Source: Azolla caroliniana
Taxonomy: Eukaryota > Plantae > Polypodiophyta
Length of the DNA stretch: 64,000 bases
Assembly (NCBI GenBank): GCA_043228905.1
Contig: JBHGNT010000007.1
Location: 3,038,001-3,102,000 of the forward strand
Direction of reading: 5' to 3'
In this document: positions 62,823 to 64,000 of the stretch, piece after piece
How the letters are laid out: the number at the start of each line of letters is the position of its first letter
Position numbering within the stretch: the stretch's first letter is position 1
The notes under the pieces: generated by a model
What the model saw: the letters and a program-made list of their open reading frames with translations, nothing else
The model's database searches: none
What the model was told of the DNA's origin: nothing
Made by a program: the position numbers and the translations under genes

Positions 62823-64000
62823 ATGGCGAGAGGACCTCCTCCTCCATCGTCTTCTTATTCTTCAGAGAATGTCACACAACCAGATGATATTCATCGGCAT
62901 TACCTTGATCAGAGCTTACCTAACCATGATTCTTCTTCTTCTTCTTCATCTTCTTCTTCTTCTTCTTCTTCTTCTCTCTCTACATCTTCTTCTTCTTCTG
63001 CTTCTGTGAGTGCTCTCTCTTTCAGCTTCGTGGCTACTGCTGTTCTCATTTCTCTCTTCCTCCTCATGGCCATATTCGAGCGTTTCTTGAGACCTGTTGC
63101 TTCTTCTTCGTCTGCTTCACCTCCACCATTATCGTCTCCATCTCCATCTAACCTCAGCTCAGATCGTGACAAAACAGACCGATCTTCACATTTCTGCGTA
63201 AGTCTTTTTGCATCTCTTGTAATGATCAGAGAAACAAATTCGTCGTTTCCTGTGTAATAAAATTTAGCTGTTGTTGCTTTTCTTCGTCAACTGCATTGTT
63301 CCTGTACAATTTGTTTCCCATGTTTCTGATCAGATAAACAATTCCCCGTTTCCTAACAACAATAGTTTCTAATTTTTCTCCTCGTTTCCTGTTCATTTCT
63401 GTGCAACCATAGTTTACCCTCGCTCTGATTCGAGAAATAAATTCCCCCGTTTCCTGTCTACCAAACTAGTTTCAGCTAATTTTCTTCGTTTTCTGCTCCG
63501 TTCTGTGTAATGTAAGCTCAAAAACTTTCCTCCTTTCATTGAACCTTTGTTTTTCGCTTTATTTTCTCTCCCCGTCCTCTGAAAGTTTTTCATCACACAT
63601 TCTCATTTCTCCGTGAGCGTCAATCTCTCAAACTCAGATTATTTTTGCAGCTCCTCCTCACTTCTTCTTTTGAAAGTCGGGATCGTTTTTCTTCCTTTTG
63701 TTGAAGAATTCTCTGCTCCTTCCTCCAGTTTTGCATTTCTCTCGACAAAGAATTTTCTGTTGATTTTTTTTCCATCATTTTTTCATTGCAGGAGTATGTT
63801 GGAGGGATCACAGTGGTGATGCCAGGAGAGGATTTCCCCACCTTCATTGCTAAACCAGCTCCATTGATGATTCAGCTGGAGCAGAAGATGACGAAGAACC
63901 AACAAGAACAAGAACAGGAGAAAGATGTACTTAAATCGTCAACATTAACATCATCGTCTTCTTCATCTTCATCGTGGCCATCATCATCATTACCAAGTTC
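62823..64000 (+). CDS. Small single-TM plant protein of the V.MPG...P.FIA.PAP family, 3'-truncated by the window edge
   Basis: Exon 1 62823-63197 (poly-Ser, then ALSFSFVATAVLISLFLLMAIFERFLRP), GT-AG intron, exon 2 from 63792: EYVGGITVVMPGEDFPTFIAKPAPLMIQ..., open to 64000. Confidence 0.85.

Overview
Land-plant nuclear DNA, AT-rich, with GT-AG introns. A seed-free plant such as a fern is my inference from protein divergence and repeat types; it is not proven. I reconstructed seven spliced genes by hand: DCAF8-like WD40 (-), Kinesin-13 (-), RabB/Rab2 (+), a plastid-targeted DUF3727-like protein (-), IPUT1/PGSIP6-type GT8 (+), a calponin-homology (CH) + transmembrane + LysM protein (+), and a small single-TM protein running off the right edge (+). 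Introns and intergenic DNA hold decayed Copia, Gypsy and LINE fragments, a nested solo LTR with a TSD, a hAT-type MITE with an 8-bp TSD, a 7-mer array and several degenerate minisatellites. The best candidate for an undescribed system is the CH-TM-LysM gene (47318-50587). Its predicted topology could join the cytoskeleton across one membrane to peptidoglycan or chitin, for example the plastid peptidoglycan of seed-free plants. Secondary leads are a tandem array of convergent tRNA-like heads, a duplicated CaaX tail on DCAF8, and leader repeats antisense to a start codon. Exon coordinates were read by eye and need RNA-seq confirmation.
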